From positions 18,166,001-18,230,000 of the forward strand of contig NC_043023.1 in assembly GCF_006345805.1 (NCBI RefSeq): 64,000 bases of DNA, in the 5' to 3' direction. The position numbers were made by a program, and so were the translations under genes. Of the stretch, positions 14,111-28,989 are shown piece by piece. Each line of letters begins with the position of its first letter. The stretch's first letter is position 1. The notes under the pieces are model-generated. The model was not told where the DNA came from. It searched no databases and saw only the letters and a program-made list of their open reading frames with translations. Source of the stretch: Octopus sinensis. Its lineage: Eukaryota.

Positions 14111-14769
14111 AACAATAAGACATACTTATATACATATACACATGCACACATATATACACAAGCACTTATATATAGTTCAAATTTACAGAAGCACCAAAGG
14201 GTTGGGTAGGTGCAAGAGCAACGAGTAAGTGTATTAGATTGATGTTCGGAAAGAATGGTAAATTTTGTTTACATTTTGAGCCTGCGCTCTTCGACAGGAA
14301 GGAATAACAGGAAATAAACAATGACTGACGCGCATATATGTATGAATATGTATAGACACGCGCACACGCACATTCAGGAGTTGGACAAAATAATGGAAAC
14401 AACTAGGATCAAAGAACAGATCCGAAAATTACTGCAGGGATTAATAATCCCCTCGGGAACCCAGTTTCTACAAAACTGTTCACCGAAGCTGCATAAAGCC
14501 GGATTTCACGGGAAGGCTGCACGCGAAGAAAATCACTACTTTCAAAAACAAACGTTGCGGAGCGTATAGAGTGGAGTAAAAACCCACAGACTTGGTCCTG
14601 AGAGAAGGGGAATAGCTTGATATCGACCACCGGTCAAACGAGACTGCATTCTTACAACTCTTGAAAACGGAAACGAACCTGTGATGATCAAGGGGTAAGC
14701 TATATCTTGAAAGTTCGCCCGCCCAGTTGTTTCTCTTTATAGCAAAATTAATAGTCAAGACTATTTAAG

Positions 14770-15110
14770 CATGTTATCTGCTCAAATTCATCATATGGTT
14801 GAAGAACTGTTTCCGAAGGGAAACGCAATCTTTCAGGATGATAATGCACTAACTCATACAGCTGAAATTTTTACTGAATGGCACGAGGAAAATTCTAGAG
14901 AAGTTGGACATCTTATCTGGTCACCACAGTTCCCAGATCTCAATATTATCGAACATTTGTGGTGCGTTTTAGAAAAACAAGGAAGGAGTCGATACCATCC
15001 ACCAACATAGCTACAGGATCTGCAGACTGTTTTAGCTGAAGAATGGACAAACATTCCTTTGGAAACAATTCAAACTTTGTACGAATCCAAACCGCGTAGA
15101 ATTCAAGTTT
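14770..15110 (+). mobile_element. Tc1 transposase C-terminal remnant
   Basis: IFQDDNALTHTA...WSPQFPDLNIIEHLW...LQTVLAEEWTNIPLETIQTL. Confidence 0.9.
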
Positions 15111-15251
15111 TATCTATGTATACATACATAGATAAAACACATATGAGATATACATACAGATATGTTTGTATCTATGTATGTATATAGATACACATACACA
15201 CACAAACACACACACACACACATATACACACACGCACATATATATATAAAT

Positions 15252-15296
<45 letters not shown>

Positions 15297-15320
15297 TATA
15301 CGTATGTATGTAAGTATAAT

Positions 15321-15351
<31 letters not shown>

Positions 15352-15362
15352 AATACACACAC

Positions 15363-15407
<45 letters not shown>

Positions 15408-15435
15408 CGCCCATATACGTATGTATGTAAGTATA

Positions 15436-15484
<49 letters not shown>

Positions 15485-15563
15485 AATACACACACATGTA
15501 TATATATATATATATATTATATATATATATATACCCGCCCATATACGTATGTATGTAAGTATA

Positions 15564-15608
<45 letters not shown>

Positions 15609-15620
15609 AATACACACACA

Positions 15621-15975
15621 GGAGTGGCTGTGTGGTAAGTAGCTTGCTAACCAACCACACGGTTGCGGGCTCAGTCCCACTGCGTGGCATCTTCGGCAAG
15701 TGTCTTCTGCTATAGCCCCGGGCTGACCAATGCCTTGTGAGTGGATTTGATAGACGGAAACTGAAAGAAGCCTGTCGTATATATGTATATATGTGTATGT
15801 GTGTGTGTGTTTGTGTGTCTGTGTTTGTCCCCCTAGCATTGCTTGACAACCGATGCCGGTGTGTTTAGGTCCCCGTCACTTAGCGGTTCGGCAAAAAGAG
15901 ACCGATAGAATAAGTACTAAAAGGTGGTGCTCCAGCATGGCCGCAGTCAAATGACTGAAACAAGTAAAAGAGAGA
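15621..15975 (+). mobile_element. SINE family 1 (internal deletion in tail)
   Basis: Same head and tail as 12756 copy. Confidence 0.85.
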
Positions 15976-15978
15976 AAG

Positions 15979-16018
<40 letters not shown>

Positions 16019-16320
16019 TATACGTATGTATGTAAGTATAATATTGATAAAGCCGACGGTGATGACGATGACCATGATCGCCATCATGATCATGATGATT
16101 ACAGTATTGTGTTGCTTTTTTGCAGTAGGCGAAACACACAAAGCAGTGGCAGGTTGTTAAAATATTTTCTAAACGTTAAGTCAAGTGAAAAGCAACAAAA
16201 CTTTTGGTCATAAATTAGTCGACAATCCTTTTCTCAAAATATTTCACGTAACTCTCTCTCTCTAAGAAATTAGAATTATTCAGCTTTTGAATTATAGAAA
16301 CTCTATAAATTGTACCCGCA

Positions 16321-17200
16321 CATACATACATACATACATACATACATACATACATACATACATACATACATACATACATGCATATATGCATATATGCATA
16401 CATGCATACATAATTACATACATACATACATGCATATATGCATACATACATACATACATACATACATACATACATGCATATATACATGCATATATACATA
16501 CATGCATACATACATACATACATACACATACATACATATATACATACATTCATACATACATACATAAATATTTACATACATACATACATGCATATATGCA
16601 TACATACATACATAATTCATACATACATACATACATGCATATATACATACATGCATACATACATACATACATACATACATACATACATACATACATACAT
16701 ACATACATACATACATACGTACATACATGCATATATGCATACATGCATACATACATACATACATATATACATACATGCATACATACATACATGCATATTT
16801 ACATACATACATGCATATTTACATACATACATACATGCATATATACATGCATGCATGCATGCATACATACATACATACATACATGCATATATGCATATAT
16901 GCATACATACATACATATTTACATACATACATACATACATGCATATATACATACATATATACATACATGCATACATACATACATACGCACATACATACAT
17001 ACATATATACATACATTCATACATACATACATACATACGTACATACATACGTACATACGTACATACATACGTACATACGTACATACATACGTACATACTT
17101 TCATACATACATGCATATATACAAACGTACATACATACATACACACATACACACACATACATTCATACATACATACATTCATGCATACATACATAAGTGC
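16321..17200. repeat. Degenerate (TACA)n tetranucleotide array
   Basis: ~0.9 kb of ATAC/ATGC units; source of the spurious HTYI/MYVC ORFs. Confidence 0.95.
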
Positions 17201-17684
17201 ATTCATTCATATATCTTAAGACGTCTAAGACGATAGAAGACATAACCACTCATAATAGGAAGAAGTAGGTATGGAATATCCCAGTGGAAACAGTTGTGGA
17301 AATCAGATGACCAGCGGCTGTTAAAATAAATCCAAAGATTAACGAAAGACAAAATGCCTTCACTGAACCCCTGAGAATTCTACACTTACTCTACCCAGAT
17401 TATAATTTCACGTATAAACCTGAACTTATAATCTGTAATTATTGTGGGCATTGGAATACGTAACGCTCTGCTTAATCTTGAGACATTAGACTTTTCAAAA
17501 CCAGACAAGAGAAAGCTGATTCGAATACCATCTGTCCACATCTAAATCCCTCCAGAAATTTATTATCTAAGTATACATTCAACTAGGCATGCAACTATAT
17601 ACATGTGAATTCATGTATAAAGTGAAGTATACGAATATGTACATACACTGATTTGAAATACTGCTCATCTATAAACATATATAC

Positions 17685-17891
17685 TCTTTTACTCTTTTAA
17701 TTGTTTCAGTCATTTGACAGCGGCCATGCTGGAGCACCGCCTTTCATCGAGCAACTCGACCCCGGGACTTATTCTTTTGTAAGCCCACTACGTATACTAT
17801 CGGTCTGTAACGGGGACATAAACACACTGCATCGGTTGTCAAGCAATGCTAGGGGGACAAACACAGACACACAAACACACACACGCATATA

Positions 17892-17971
<80 letters not shown>

Positions 17972-18054
17972 TACGACGGGCTTCTTTCAGTTTCCGTCTA
18001 CATATGTTCCGTCTACATATGTTCGTCTACATATGTTCATATATCAATCCATTC

Positions 18055-18124
<70 letters not shown>

Positions 18125-18138
18125 GTATATATATATAC

Positions 18139-18176
<38 letters not shown>

Positions 18177-18852
18177 GTATATATATACTCTTTTACTCTT
18201 TTACTCTTTTACTTGTTTCAGTCATTTGACTGCGGCCATGCTGGAGCACCGCTTTTAGTCGAGCAAATCGACCCCGGGACTTATTCTTAGTAAGCCCAGT
18301 ACTTATTCTATCGGTTTGTTTTGCCGAACCGCTAGGTGACGGGGACGTAAACACACCAGCATCGGTTGTCAGGCAATGCTAGGGGGACAAACACAGACAC
18401 ACAAACATATACACACACACTTATATATATATATATATATATACATAGCGGCGAGCTGGCAGAAACGTTACCACGCCGGGCGAAATGCGTAGCCGTATTT
18501 CGCCTGTTGTTACGTTCCGAGTTCAAATTCCGCCGAGGTAAACTTTACCTTTCATCCTTTTGGGGTCGATAAATTAAGTAACAGTTACGCACTGGGGTCG
18601 ATGTAATCGACTTAATCCCCTTTGTCTGTCCTTGTTTGCTCCCTCTGTATTTTGCCCTTTGTGGGTAGTAAAGAAATATATATATATATATATACATATA
18701 TACGACAGGCTTCTTCCAGTTTCCGTCTACCAAATCCACTCACAAGGCATTGGTCGGCCCGGGGCTATAGCAGAAGACACTTGCCCAACATGCCACGCAG
18801 TGGGACTGACCCCGGAACCATGTGGTTGGTTAGCAAGCTACTTACCACACAG

Positions 18853-18855
<3 letters not shown>
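17685..18855. mobile_element. SINE cluster: family 1 fragments (-) with a family 2 copy (+, 18448-18677)
   Basis: Reverse-complement family 1 tails at ~17685 and ~18188, head at ~18700-18855; GCGGCGAGCTGGCAGAAACG head of family 2. Confidence 0.85.
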
Positions 18856-18941
<86 letters not shown>

Positions 18942-19149
18942 CTGTGTCTGTGTGTATCAAATGATGTAAATGAAAAACAGGACGCAAAGGATTTGGCGGT
19001 ACATATGTTTTGGGCTTTATTGAACTTATTATATATATATATATATATAACAATAAATTTCTATTGAATTTTTTGCTACCCTAAATTGACTATATATATA
19101 TATATATATATATATACTTCTTTTCTTCTTTCTTCTTTCCTCGCGTTAA

Positions 19150-19510
19150 CCCTCCAACGCGGAGTATAGGCCACCTATAGTTGAATTCCATGTCGCATAA
19201 TCTTTCGCTTCTGTATTAATTCTCTGCTATGAATGTCCCCCTTTCTCTAGTTCCTTTTGTGTTGATCTCCGCCACGAGTCCCTAGGCTCACCCTTCTTTC
19301 TATATCCATTCGGATTCCACTGCAAAGCACTTTTCGCTACATTTGTTGTGTCTTTTATAATTGTGCTACCAATCCACTTCTACTTTTCCTAAATATTTGT
19401 TCCGTAATCGAAACTTGATTTGTTCTTTGCCATAGCTCCATATTGCTTATGTGTTTGGGCCATCTAATTTTAAGTCTACCACGCAAATTGATTACGAAAA
19501 CACTGATAGC
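19150..19510 (-). mobile_element. RTE-like LINE 3' remnant
   Basis: LKIRWPKHISNMELWQRTNQ...ALQWNPNGYRKKGEPRDSWRR (WNPxGxRxRGRPxxTWRR motif). Confidence 0.8.
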
Positions 19511-21273
19511 TGACAAATCTTGTTGAATTAATTTACCCACCGAAGGTTTCCAAATTCAAAAGTTTTTTTTTTTATGACGCCGAATAGTCAAAGCCCCTCG
19601 GGGAGCTATTTGGGCGACACTGCTTTCGACAAAGGATTCCACGAGGTTTCGGGCGTGGAATTTTCGAACAATGTTTAATGCTGGAAAGTGTGCTAATATT
19701 AGCAAAGGAATATGACTGACCGTAAGAATCCAAGCAAAAGAAACGGGAAATGGAAACTGAGAGAATCTAAAATCTAGAGAGAAGAAATAGAGAGATAAAA
19801 GAAATAGCGTGAAACCTCTAGAGAGATGAAGGAATATTGTGGTGATGTTGGAAACCTGTCCATGTATTTGTCGACTTATTGTCTCTTGCATGGTTATTAT
19901 AACACAAACAGGCGTACCACCCGACCAAGGACATAAGCGGCTGTTCCAGGAATTCGTTGATACAACGCCTTTCCAACCAGAGATCCTCATTCAGTATACC
20001 GGAAGAGGAATTCGGCACGTCATTAGCCACTCAGGTATGGCAGCTAATAGACGACGAGACCCATACACAATATCTTGGAGAATCAAGATTTTATATTAAC
20101 GGGACCAAGCACTGAAATTACACATAAACTAGGGAATACCCTGAACTACAGATCGGAGTTCTTTGAACCATGCTTGCATTTCGGGAAATTCCTGCTAACC
20201 AACTGTAATCTACGAAATAGCAGGGCCACCGGCGATCGATAGCCACAGGGACACAAGCCCCTAAATTGACATCGCCGATTGATAGCCAAAGGGGAGACCA
20301 TATCCTTTGTTGACATTGACTAACGATCTCATTTCCTCCTCCATATTCTAGAGAGGCCTTTAGCCAATAACTTTTGGGATCTGATGATACCCCAAAAAGC
20401 CAGCCGTTTATTGACGTGAAACCTCAAGTAATCCCTTAAGATGGCCTCTTCTAGTTTTGATATATACTGCTCTATAACTTAGTGTTTCACTTTTCGGGTG
20501 TATGTTTGCGGACGATACATATATAATAAAGGAAAATGCATTGTGAATATATAACGACAGATTAAAAACGTATACGTATAAGGCTCAAAGGGGCCCTTAA
20601 TTTTCTTCAGTTATCAAGCAAAATTGTAATCCTCAGTTTCGAACCATTAATAATAAGATTAAGGACTTCCAGTATTAGAGGTGCCTGCGAAAGGCTCAGA
20701 AAATGTCGGTCCTGAAGGATGCATAACAACGCAAAGTGGACATATAAAAGTAAAAGAATATGTAATTTAAGACGATGGACGAAGAGGAAACGAGCAAAAT
20801 ATAGGCCTAGGGCCAAAAGACATGAATGGTGGGTAACGCTTAGAGGAAATCCTGAAGGATATAAGCGACAATAAATAGTAAGAAAGAGAAGTTTTTGTGA
20901 CCGAATAGCTGAGTGAACAGTGTGAGAGAGAGAGAGAATGACAGAAAGCTGGCCATGGGTCACGTGCCAGCGGTACGTAGAGAAGAAAGGGAGAGAGCAA
21001 CAATGGGAAGATAGAGAGAAAATAAGGGAAGAAATGAAGGGGGAAAGTGGGAGGAGAAAGACTACAAGTACAAGTGAGAGAATGAGAGAGAGGAAAAGGG
21101 GAACTTGGACAGGGTAGAAATAGAAGTAAGAAATCCTGTGAAGGGTCGTCGCTGTGTTCATAGATATTTATACACTGTTATATATGAAAATGTGCTACCT
21201 CAAGACTTTTATTATACACGCAGACCTCTTGGTAATAAATGATTCAATTTTATCACACTCATAAATTTACACA

Positions 21274-21317
<44 letters not shown>

Positions 21318-21356
21318 CTAACTATCTATCTATATATATTATATATATATATACAT

Positions 21357-21429
<73 letters not shown>

Positions 21430-21875
21430 TAGAAGGAGATACGGCGTGTCAAAAGAGAAGTGGTTAGAGGTGAAACCAATAGAGAAAAGGTATTAAAATA
21501 TATGCAATTCAAAGAATAAATTTGTAAATAGTTGATTGGTTGAGAATAGTTAACTGGTGGCAGATGGAGGTTTATAGCTAAATACATTATTTACGTAGCT
21601 TTATTTATTTTTATGAAGGAGACGAAAGCACACCACCACAGTAACTATGAAATATATGACCGGCTGAATATTGCCTTTCAACTCAGGTAAGAAGCCAATA
21701 TTTTTCTCGCTCTATTCTTGTCCCTTTTTTATGTAGCAATGGAAATAGACGTCTCCCATTACGATTCATATATGGATATATCCTCTCCCACAACATTTCA
21801 GGCTTTGTAACTTTAGTAGGAACGGTTGCTGTGGATGTTGTTGCTGTTATTATTATTATTATTATTATTATTATG

Positions 21876-22195
21876 GGGAAGCGCAATGGCCCAATGGTGA
21901 GGGCAGCGGACTTGCGGTCGTAGGATCGCGGTTTTGATTCCCAGACCGGGCGTTGTGAGTGTTTATTGAGCGAAAGCACCTACAAAGCTCCACGAGGCTC
22001 GAGCAGGGGGGGTGCGATCCCTGCTGTACTCTTTCGTTCCAACTTTCTCTCACTCTTTCTTCTGTTGGCCTGTTCGCTTAGCCAGTGAGGTGGCGTCATT
22101 TGAAGGCTAAAACAATGCGAAGCGCATTGTGACCAGCGATGTGTAGCAACATCTGATAGCCTGGTCGGTCACGGTGACGGTGATTATTATTATTA
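21876..22195 (+). mobile_element. tRNA-derived SINE family 3
   Basis: GCGCAATGGCCCAATGG box A-like and GGTTTTGATTCCC box B-like; related copy on - strand at ~60755-61035. Confidence 0.7.
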
Positions 22196-22980
22196 TATAT
22201 TTGACTTTTGCTTTCTGTTTGTACAAGTTGACTCCAAGTCTCACTCAGAGACCTCAGGAGACAACAGTTTAGAAGTTCGTGTTCGTGTTATGCCTGTGCT
22301 GTCATATAATTTGTTTCGCATATTGTATTGTTCTAGAGAATATTTAAGAAAGCATCAGGAAATTTTGAATTTGTTTTAAAATTTGAGATTACACAGACCG
22401 TATTTTACGTAGGATATGGGCAGTTCCCATGAGCACTATCTTTTGAATCTTTGATATTTTTGAGTTTCCTTGTTTCTGAGCTAGGTAGAAATCATCTCTG
22501 CTATTATTCCAAAGGCAACTATGACAACAGGTATTGTTTTAGTCTTCAGATTCCACATTTTGCCAATTTCTATTTCAAGATCTTTATACTTGCTCAGTTA
22601 TTGGTAGGTCTTGACAGATACGTTTATATCGATTGAGTCAGTCATATCAATGAGGAGGCATGATTTTTGTCTGGAGTCTTTCAATATAATGTCTGGCCTA
22701 TTCGCATCTATCTTTCTGTCAGTTTGAATGGGGAAGTTCCAGAGGAGTGAGATGTGATTATTTTCCAACACTGGAGGTGACTTATGTTCCCACCAGTTTT
22801 ATCATGGGGCCGGTCCAGATTTTTGCAAATTACCCAGTGAATATATTATGCTGCTCTATCATGCCTGTTGAGAAACTCTGTAGGTGCAAGAAAACTACGC
22901 ATGGCGACAACATGATCAATGGTTTCATTTTGGTGTTGACATACATGACATGTTGGGCAGCTGCGGTTATTTAATATGTT

Positions 22981-23209
22981 GGCGGCGAACAGGCAGAATC
23001 CTTAGCACGCCGGGAGAAATGCTCATCAATATTTCGTCTGCCGCTACGTTCTGAGTTCAAATTCCGCCGAGGTCGACTTTGCCTTTTATCCTTTCGGGGT
23101 CGATAAATTAAGTACCAGTTACGCACGTAGATCGTTGTAATCGACTTAATCTCTTTGTCTGTCCTTGTTTGTCCCCACTATATTTAGCCCCTTGTGGGCA
23201 ATAAAAAAG
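22981..23209 (+). mobile_element. tRNA-derived SINE family 2
   Basis: GGCGGCGA...GAGTTCAAATTCCGCCGAGGTCGACTTTGCC...GGGGTCGATAAATTAAGTACCAG. Confidence 0.9.
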
Positions 23210-23416
23210 TAATTATGCTGACATGGTAGTTTCTTGTAAGTAGACATTGATCTTGGGCTATTAGTATAAACCTTTCTGTTTCTGATTTTAAGCCGGAAAC
23301 CACTAAACATTGATGTTTAAGGGTTTTGTTAACATCAGCACTATTACCTCTCTTTGGGTATTTGGCATTCAGAGGTTTTCCTTGCCATTTATCTGTAAGA
23401 ATATCTAAGTCAGCAG

Positions 23417-23417
<1 letters not shown>

Positions 23418-23502
<85 letters not shown>

Positions 23503-23518
23503 TATTATTATTATTATA

Positions 23519-23552
<34 letters not shown>

Positions 23553-23558
23553 ATTATT

Positions 23559-23590
<32 letters not shown>

Positions 23591-23703
23591 ATTATTATTA
23601 TTATTATTATTATTATTATCATTATTAATATTATTATTATTATTATTATTATTATTATCATTATTATCATTATTGTTGTTGTTGTTATTGTTGTTATTAT
23701 TTT

Positions 23704-23750
<47 letters not shown>

Positions 23751-23800
23751 TTATTATTATCATTATTATTATTAAGTTAAGTTTATTATTATTATTATTA
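23418..23800. repeat. (ATT)n/(ACT)n trinucleotide microsatellite
   Basis: Directly visible. Confidence 0.95.
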
Positions 23801-25369
23801 GCAGTGCATGCCATCAAAGTGACACTGGGGCAAAATATACGAAGCCCAGTATCCTCATCATGACTCCTCGTCTGATGCGTCACAACCCCACCCTGCACTG
23901 TCACCGTTAACTAAATTTCTAGAACAACGGCTGCAATGACAAGACTTGAGATGAATACTCGTGTGGTTTCTCGTTGCGATCTACAAGCAGGTGGGATTTG
24001 AACTCAAAATGCAGAGACCCAGAACAGGGCCGTATCCAGACTAAAATATTAGAGGAGGCAAAGGCCAACAAAAACCAAACCAAGTTAGCAATTACAAACG
24101 GTTCTATGCATTGTCCCAATGATGGGAGGATGAGGAGGGGAGAGTATGTCAGAAGAGTATATATCTATACTTGCAGATCTGATTTAGTATATTATAAAGC
24201 TAAGGTCCTCAACCCATTTTCACCAAATGCCCCCTTTTGACCCTTGGAATCACAAATGGCGCCTGATACAAAATAATTCTATTTTGATATCGGTAGATGA
24301 TGATTAAAAAATAAAGGGCGTAGTTTTACATATGCGCTTGTACGCAATCGGTTGTACAAATGTACAAATTGAAATGCAAAGAAACGAAATAGCAAAAGGT
24401 CTTATGAATGAAAGTTTGGTAATTGCGTTTATTTCCACCACGTGACACTTACGGGATCAATGTGTTTTCTATACGGTAAAGCATTTCGGCCGACACATCA
24501 ACGATTTACCATTTGAGGGTGCAATACCCTGGCCACTTATCGTATACAGATTGATAGATATGGCCAAAACACCCCTATGTGAATGGGCCCACGCTTGTAA
24601 GCAAAAGTTGAGGAGACCCTAACAGTCAGGGTAATCAGGATATGTGGGGTTCCTCGGTTGACCCTAAGTTGAACTCCCTTTTGTGGAATTTTATTGTTGA
24701 ACTTTAGTTGAGCGAATTGTACTTGTTTTAATTTTTTAAACGAGGTTTTGTGGTAAACTCCACTTGCCCCTTGGGATTCATTGTCCGTTCCTCTTTTGTG
24801 TTTGGACCCCGTGGCTAATAACGAAAGCATTATTGTTATGAGTTGACAGGTCCGTTAGTACGTTGGGCAAATATAAGTAGTGACATTTTGTGCGTCTTTA
24901 CGTTCTGAGTTCATATTACCCGAGTTTGGATTTGTATTTCATCCTTCTGGGATCGTTGAGACAATTTAGCAACGGGGTCGAAATAATGGACTAACTCCTC
25001 CCCTAAAATTGCTGGCTTTATGGCAAAATTAGAAGGTATTATTATTATCTCGCATGACATCTAATCTTGAAATATCGCTGGTGAGTTTTCTCTAAATTTT
25101 CTTTCTTTATACAATTTTCGAGAAATTTCCCCATACATATCTTCTATTAATTTGTTGTATCTGGGGAGTCATTCTCTTTTGTTTTCTTATAAATTCAACA
25201 CAACACTCACCGATAAAATTTCAACTTATTTCTTTTTTATTTTTCTAAACTTTTCGTTGCGTCTTGCAAACATTTCAATAGTTTTGACTCACACAGGGTT
25301 CCTTTTTGTTTGTTTGCGCGCATGTGTGTGGATCAGTGTGTGGGTGTGTGTGCATGTGTGTTTATGTGC

Positions 25370-25522
25370 TTATACATGCATGTATCTATGTATGTATGCA
25401 GGTAGGCATGCATGCATGCATGTATGTATATATGTATGCATGTATGTATGTATATATGTATGTATGTATGTATGCATGCATATATGTAAGTATGCATGTA
25501 TGTATGTATATATGTATGTATG

Positions 25523-25554
<32 letters not shown>

Positions 25555-26100
25555 TATGTATGTATGTATGCATGCATATATGTAAGTATGCATGTATGTA
25601 TGTATATATGTATGTATGTATGTATATATGTATGTATCTATGCATGCATATATGTATGTATATATGTATGTATGTATGTTTGTATGTATGTGTGTATGTG
25701 TGTATGTATGTATGTATGTGTGTATGTGTGTATGTATGTATGTATGTATGTGTGTATGTATGCATGTATGAATGTATGTATGTATGTATGTATGCATGCA
25801 TGCATGTATGTATGTATGTATGTGTGTATGTATGCATGTATGAATGTATGTATGTGTGTATGTTTGTATGTATGTATGTATGTTTGTATGTATGTATATA
25901 TGTATGTATGTTTGTATGTATGTTTGTATGTATGCATGTATGTATGTATGTATGAACGTATGTATGTGTGTATCTATGTATGTATGTATGTATGCATGCA
26001 TGTATGTATGTATGTGTGTATGTATGTATGAATATATGTATGTATTTTGTATGCATGCATGTGTGTGTAAGCATGCATTTGTATGTGTGCATATGTATCT
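25370..26100. repeat. Degenerate (TATG)n array
   Basis: Directly visible; inverse orientation to the 16321 array. Confidence 0.95.
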
Positions 26101-26422
26101 AATTATGTGTGTACGTTTGTCTGTATGTATTCTGCATATTCATGTGTTTGCATGTCCGTGTGTGTGTGTTTTTATGTATGTGTGTGTGCGTGTGTGTGTG
26201 TGTGTTTTCATGTATGTGTGTTTGCGTTTGTGTGTGTGTGTTTTTATGTATGTGTGTTTGCGTTTGTGTGTGTGTGTTTTTATGTATGTGTGTGCGTGTG
26301 TGGGTTTTGCAACTATGTACCGTGTTTGTATGTATGGATAGGCATCTCCATATGTGTGGACGTGTGTCTCTATATGTGTCCTTGTGAGAAGTAATATGTG
26401 TGTGTGTGTGTGTGTGGATGTG

Positions 26423-27865
26423 TATGGTCCTGTGTTTCAGTCTTCATTTGCGCTTATGTGCTTGTCTATTCCTATAACCTATGTCACTTTAGTATAAATA
26501 GAGTAGTTTTACGGGAGAATGTATTCGCCTCTCCTGTAACGTCGTACGTAAACGACCTGCCATAGTAGTCAGCCGAGAGAGGTTATTGCCACACCTTTTA
26601 GAAACAGCAAAGAAACTACGAACAATAAAACACAAAACTGTAAGCATGAGTAACGAAGACGACGACGATGACGACGACTGAAACAACAATAACAACACTA
26701 ACACCTGTATGAACGGTAACAACTCCAACAGAAGGAGCGGTAAGTAAAAAGAACAACAAAAACAATAATAGTGTAATCAGCAGCTGCTATAAAGCTATCA
26801 ACAATGGCGCTGACAGTTTAAGCAGCAACAACAGCCGTTCAAGAATTTGAACCTGGAGATCTCTATTTCCAGCGACTTCGAGGACCACCTAACAGGGGTG
26901 TTGGGCGTCAACGAAGAGACCTCGAATACAAGACGACCAAAAATTTGTTTTTTCCGTAGGTCTTGGGGTCTCCCGCCCCTAAGCCCTACACTGTCACCTA
27001 ATCACCCTTACCCGTCTTGTTGCTTAACAACAGCAACAGTAGCAACAACTGTAACGTAGACAGCAGCAGCGGCGCAGGTGAGACGAAAACAACAGCATTA
27101 ATGAGAACACCAGCAAAAGGAGAACAACAACAACAGCAACATCAATAGCGTTGATAATGACTTGTAGTAAGGGTTGTTTAAGGATGTTGAAGGAGACACC
27201 CATGTTTCCAGAGGTGAACTATTCAAACCCCAATTAATTCTTCTCAAATAATGGCTATGATGCTACCCCACTACTTCTGCTCGTGATCAGAGATGCACAT
27301 ATCGCCAGACACTAAGGGACGTGCTCAACTGGTTAAGGTCAAACAACTGACAAGCAAATCTGTGTTATTGAGCAGAATATTTGCTGTAACCCATCTTTTA
27401 TACCAAGACAATACAATGTACATAATAACACTTCTAATCAGTGAAGATCAGAGGCCACGTGAGCCACTGCCTGGTACTATTATTATTATTATTATTGTTG
27501 TTGTTGTTTTTGTTGTTGTTTTTGTTGTTGTTGTTGTTGTTGCTGTTGTTGTTGCTGTTGTTGTTATTATTTCAAGACAGTTTTATCTCACACCAGCACC
27601 ATGATAGGTATTAAGTGGGTTTACCTTCGGATAACAAAGCCACAACTCTTACCTCAGCCACCCAAAACTTTCAACCGATCTACGCCGTTCCTAAGAAACA
27701 GCCCAGTTCCATGTATTCTACCTGCTTCTGCATGCTCGTCTTTTCTGTCCACTCCTTCAGCCTCTTCTCCTTGGTTCCTAAGGCTTCAATGACAATTCGT
27801 ACGACCTCATTCTTTGTGAAACCCCACAACTTGCTTATCTCTCTCTTCAGGTTCAAATATACATG

Positions 27866-27875
<10 letters not shown>
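26423..27875. repeat. Tandem segmental duplication, copy 1 (~1.45 kb)
   Basis: Colinear and highly similar to 28990-30465 from TATGGTCCTGTGTTTCAG to CTCTCTTCAGGTTCAAAT. Confidence 0.95.
27570..27860 (-). mobile_element. R4/Dong-like LINE 3' end (restriction-like endonuclease tail); second copy ~30150-30445
   Basis: LKREISKLWG...VVRIVIEALGT...ELGCFLGTA matches the LW...VVPIVIGALG...ACLLGTA pattern. Confidence 0.75.
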
Positions 27876-27905
<30 letters not shown>

Positions 27906-27911
27906 TGCTTT

Positions 27912-28915
27912 AAAAATATAAGGAATGGCCATAATAGGACATTCGACTCACTAGAAAGAGCAGCCAAACTCAAACCGCTGAATGTTGTAATTCTGAAATT
28001 GAAAGAGAAATAAAAACGTTTACCCCTTTCATCTCTGGACTATGCATAGTTCTGGCAAACTTTGGTAAACAAATTAATTGAATTAAATAAAATTTATTTA
28101 CGACTGGCGTGCCTCGTCAGCAGAGAAGCCAAGGACGAGTATATACCCATGAGGCGATGATAAGTAAGCCTCCAGTCTATATGCTACAAATTTTCAAAAT
28201 CTACCGCAATCATGCACTCTTCTCAGCAGCAAATATAAATTGCTGATCAAATTTCAAAGTTAGTCAAAAATCATTAATTAATAAATATAATGGTAGCAAA
28301 AAATTCCACAAAAAATTCTCCGCTACCAGCGGTCAAGCGTGAATGGTTGGATAGTCAAAGTCTATTTAATATACATTCAAAAATATAAGGAATGGCCATA
28401 ATAGGACATTCGACTCACTAGAAAGAACAGCCAAACTAAAACCGCTAAAAGTTGTAATTCTGAAATTGAAAGAGAAATAAAAACGTTTACCCCTTTTATC
28501 TCTGGACTATGCATTGTTTCGGCAAACTTTGGTAATCCAATATATCAAATTAAATTGAATTTATTTACAACTGACGTGCCTCGTCAGCAGAGAAGCCAAG
28601 GACGAGTATATACCCACGAGGTGATGGTAAGGAAGCCTCCAGTCTATATGCTATAAATTTTCAAAATCTACCGCAATCGTGCACTCTTCTCAGCAGCAAA
28701 TTAAATTTCAAAATTAGTCAAAAATCATTAATTAATAAATATAAGGTAGCAAAATATTATACAAAAAATTCTCTGCTACCAGCGGTCCAGTGAGAAAGGA
28801 AAAGATAGTCAAAGACTATATAATACACTTTCAAAAATATAAGGAATGGCCATAATAGGACATTCGACTCACTAAAAAGATCAGCCAAACACAAACCGCT
28901 AAAAGTTGTAATTCT

Positions 28916-28918
<3 letters not shown>
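27912..28918. repeat. ~460-bp tandem repeat, about 2.2 units, bounded by (TA)n
   Basis: AAAATATAAGGAATGGCCATAATAGGACATTCGACTCAC recurs at ~27912, ~28381, ~28834. Confidence 0.9.
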
Positions 28919-28964
<46 letters not shown>

Positions 28965-28989
28965 ATGTATATATGTCTGTGTGTGCGTA

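Noticed and set aside
15110-17236. Long ORFs of 100-310 aa (HTYI, MYVC, YIYI repeats)
   Set aside because: Translations of (TA)n/(TACA)n microsatellites, open in several frames on both strands
20607-21161. 184-aa hydrophobic ORF
   Set aside because: Results from an AG-rich opposite strand; no recognisable domain
25152-26394. ORFs up to 267 aa
   Set aside because: (TATG)n array artefact
28100-28590. CTGACGAG on the minus strand as a second hammerhead
   Set aside because: Followed by GTAAA rather than GAAA, with no convincing stems I/III
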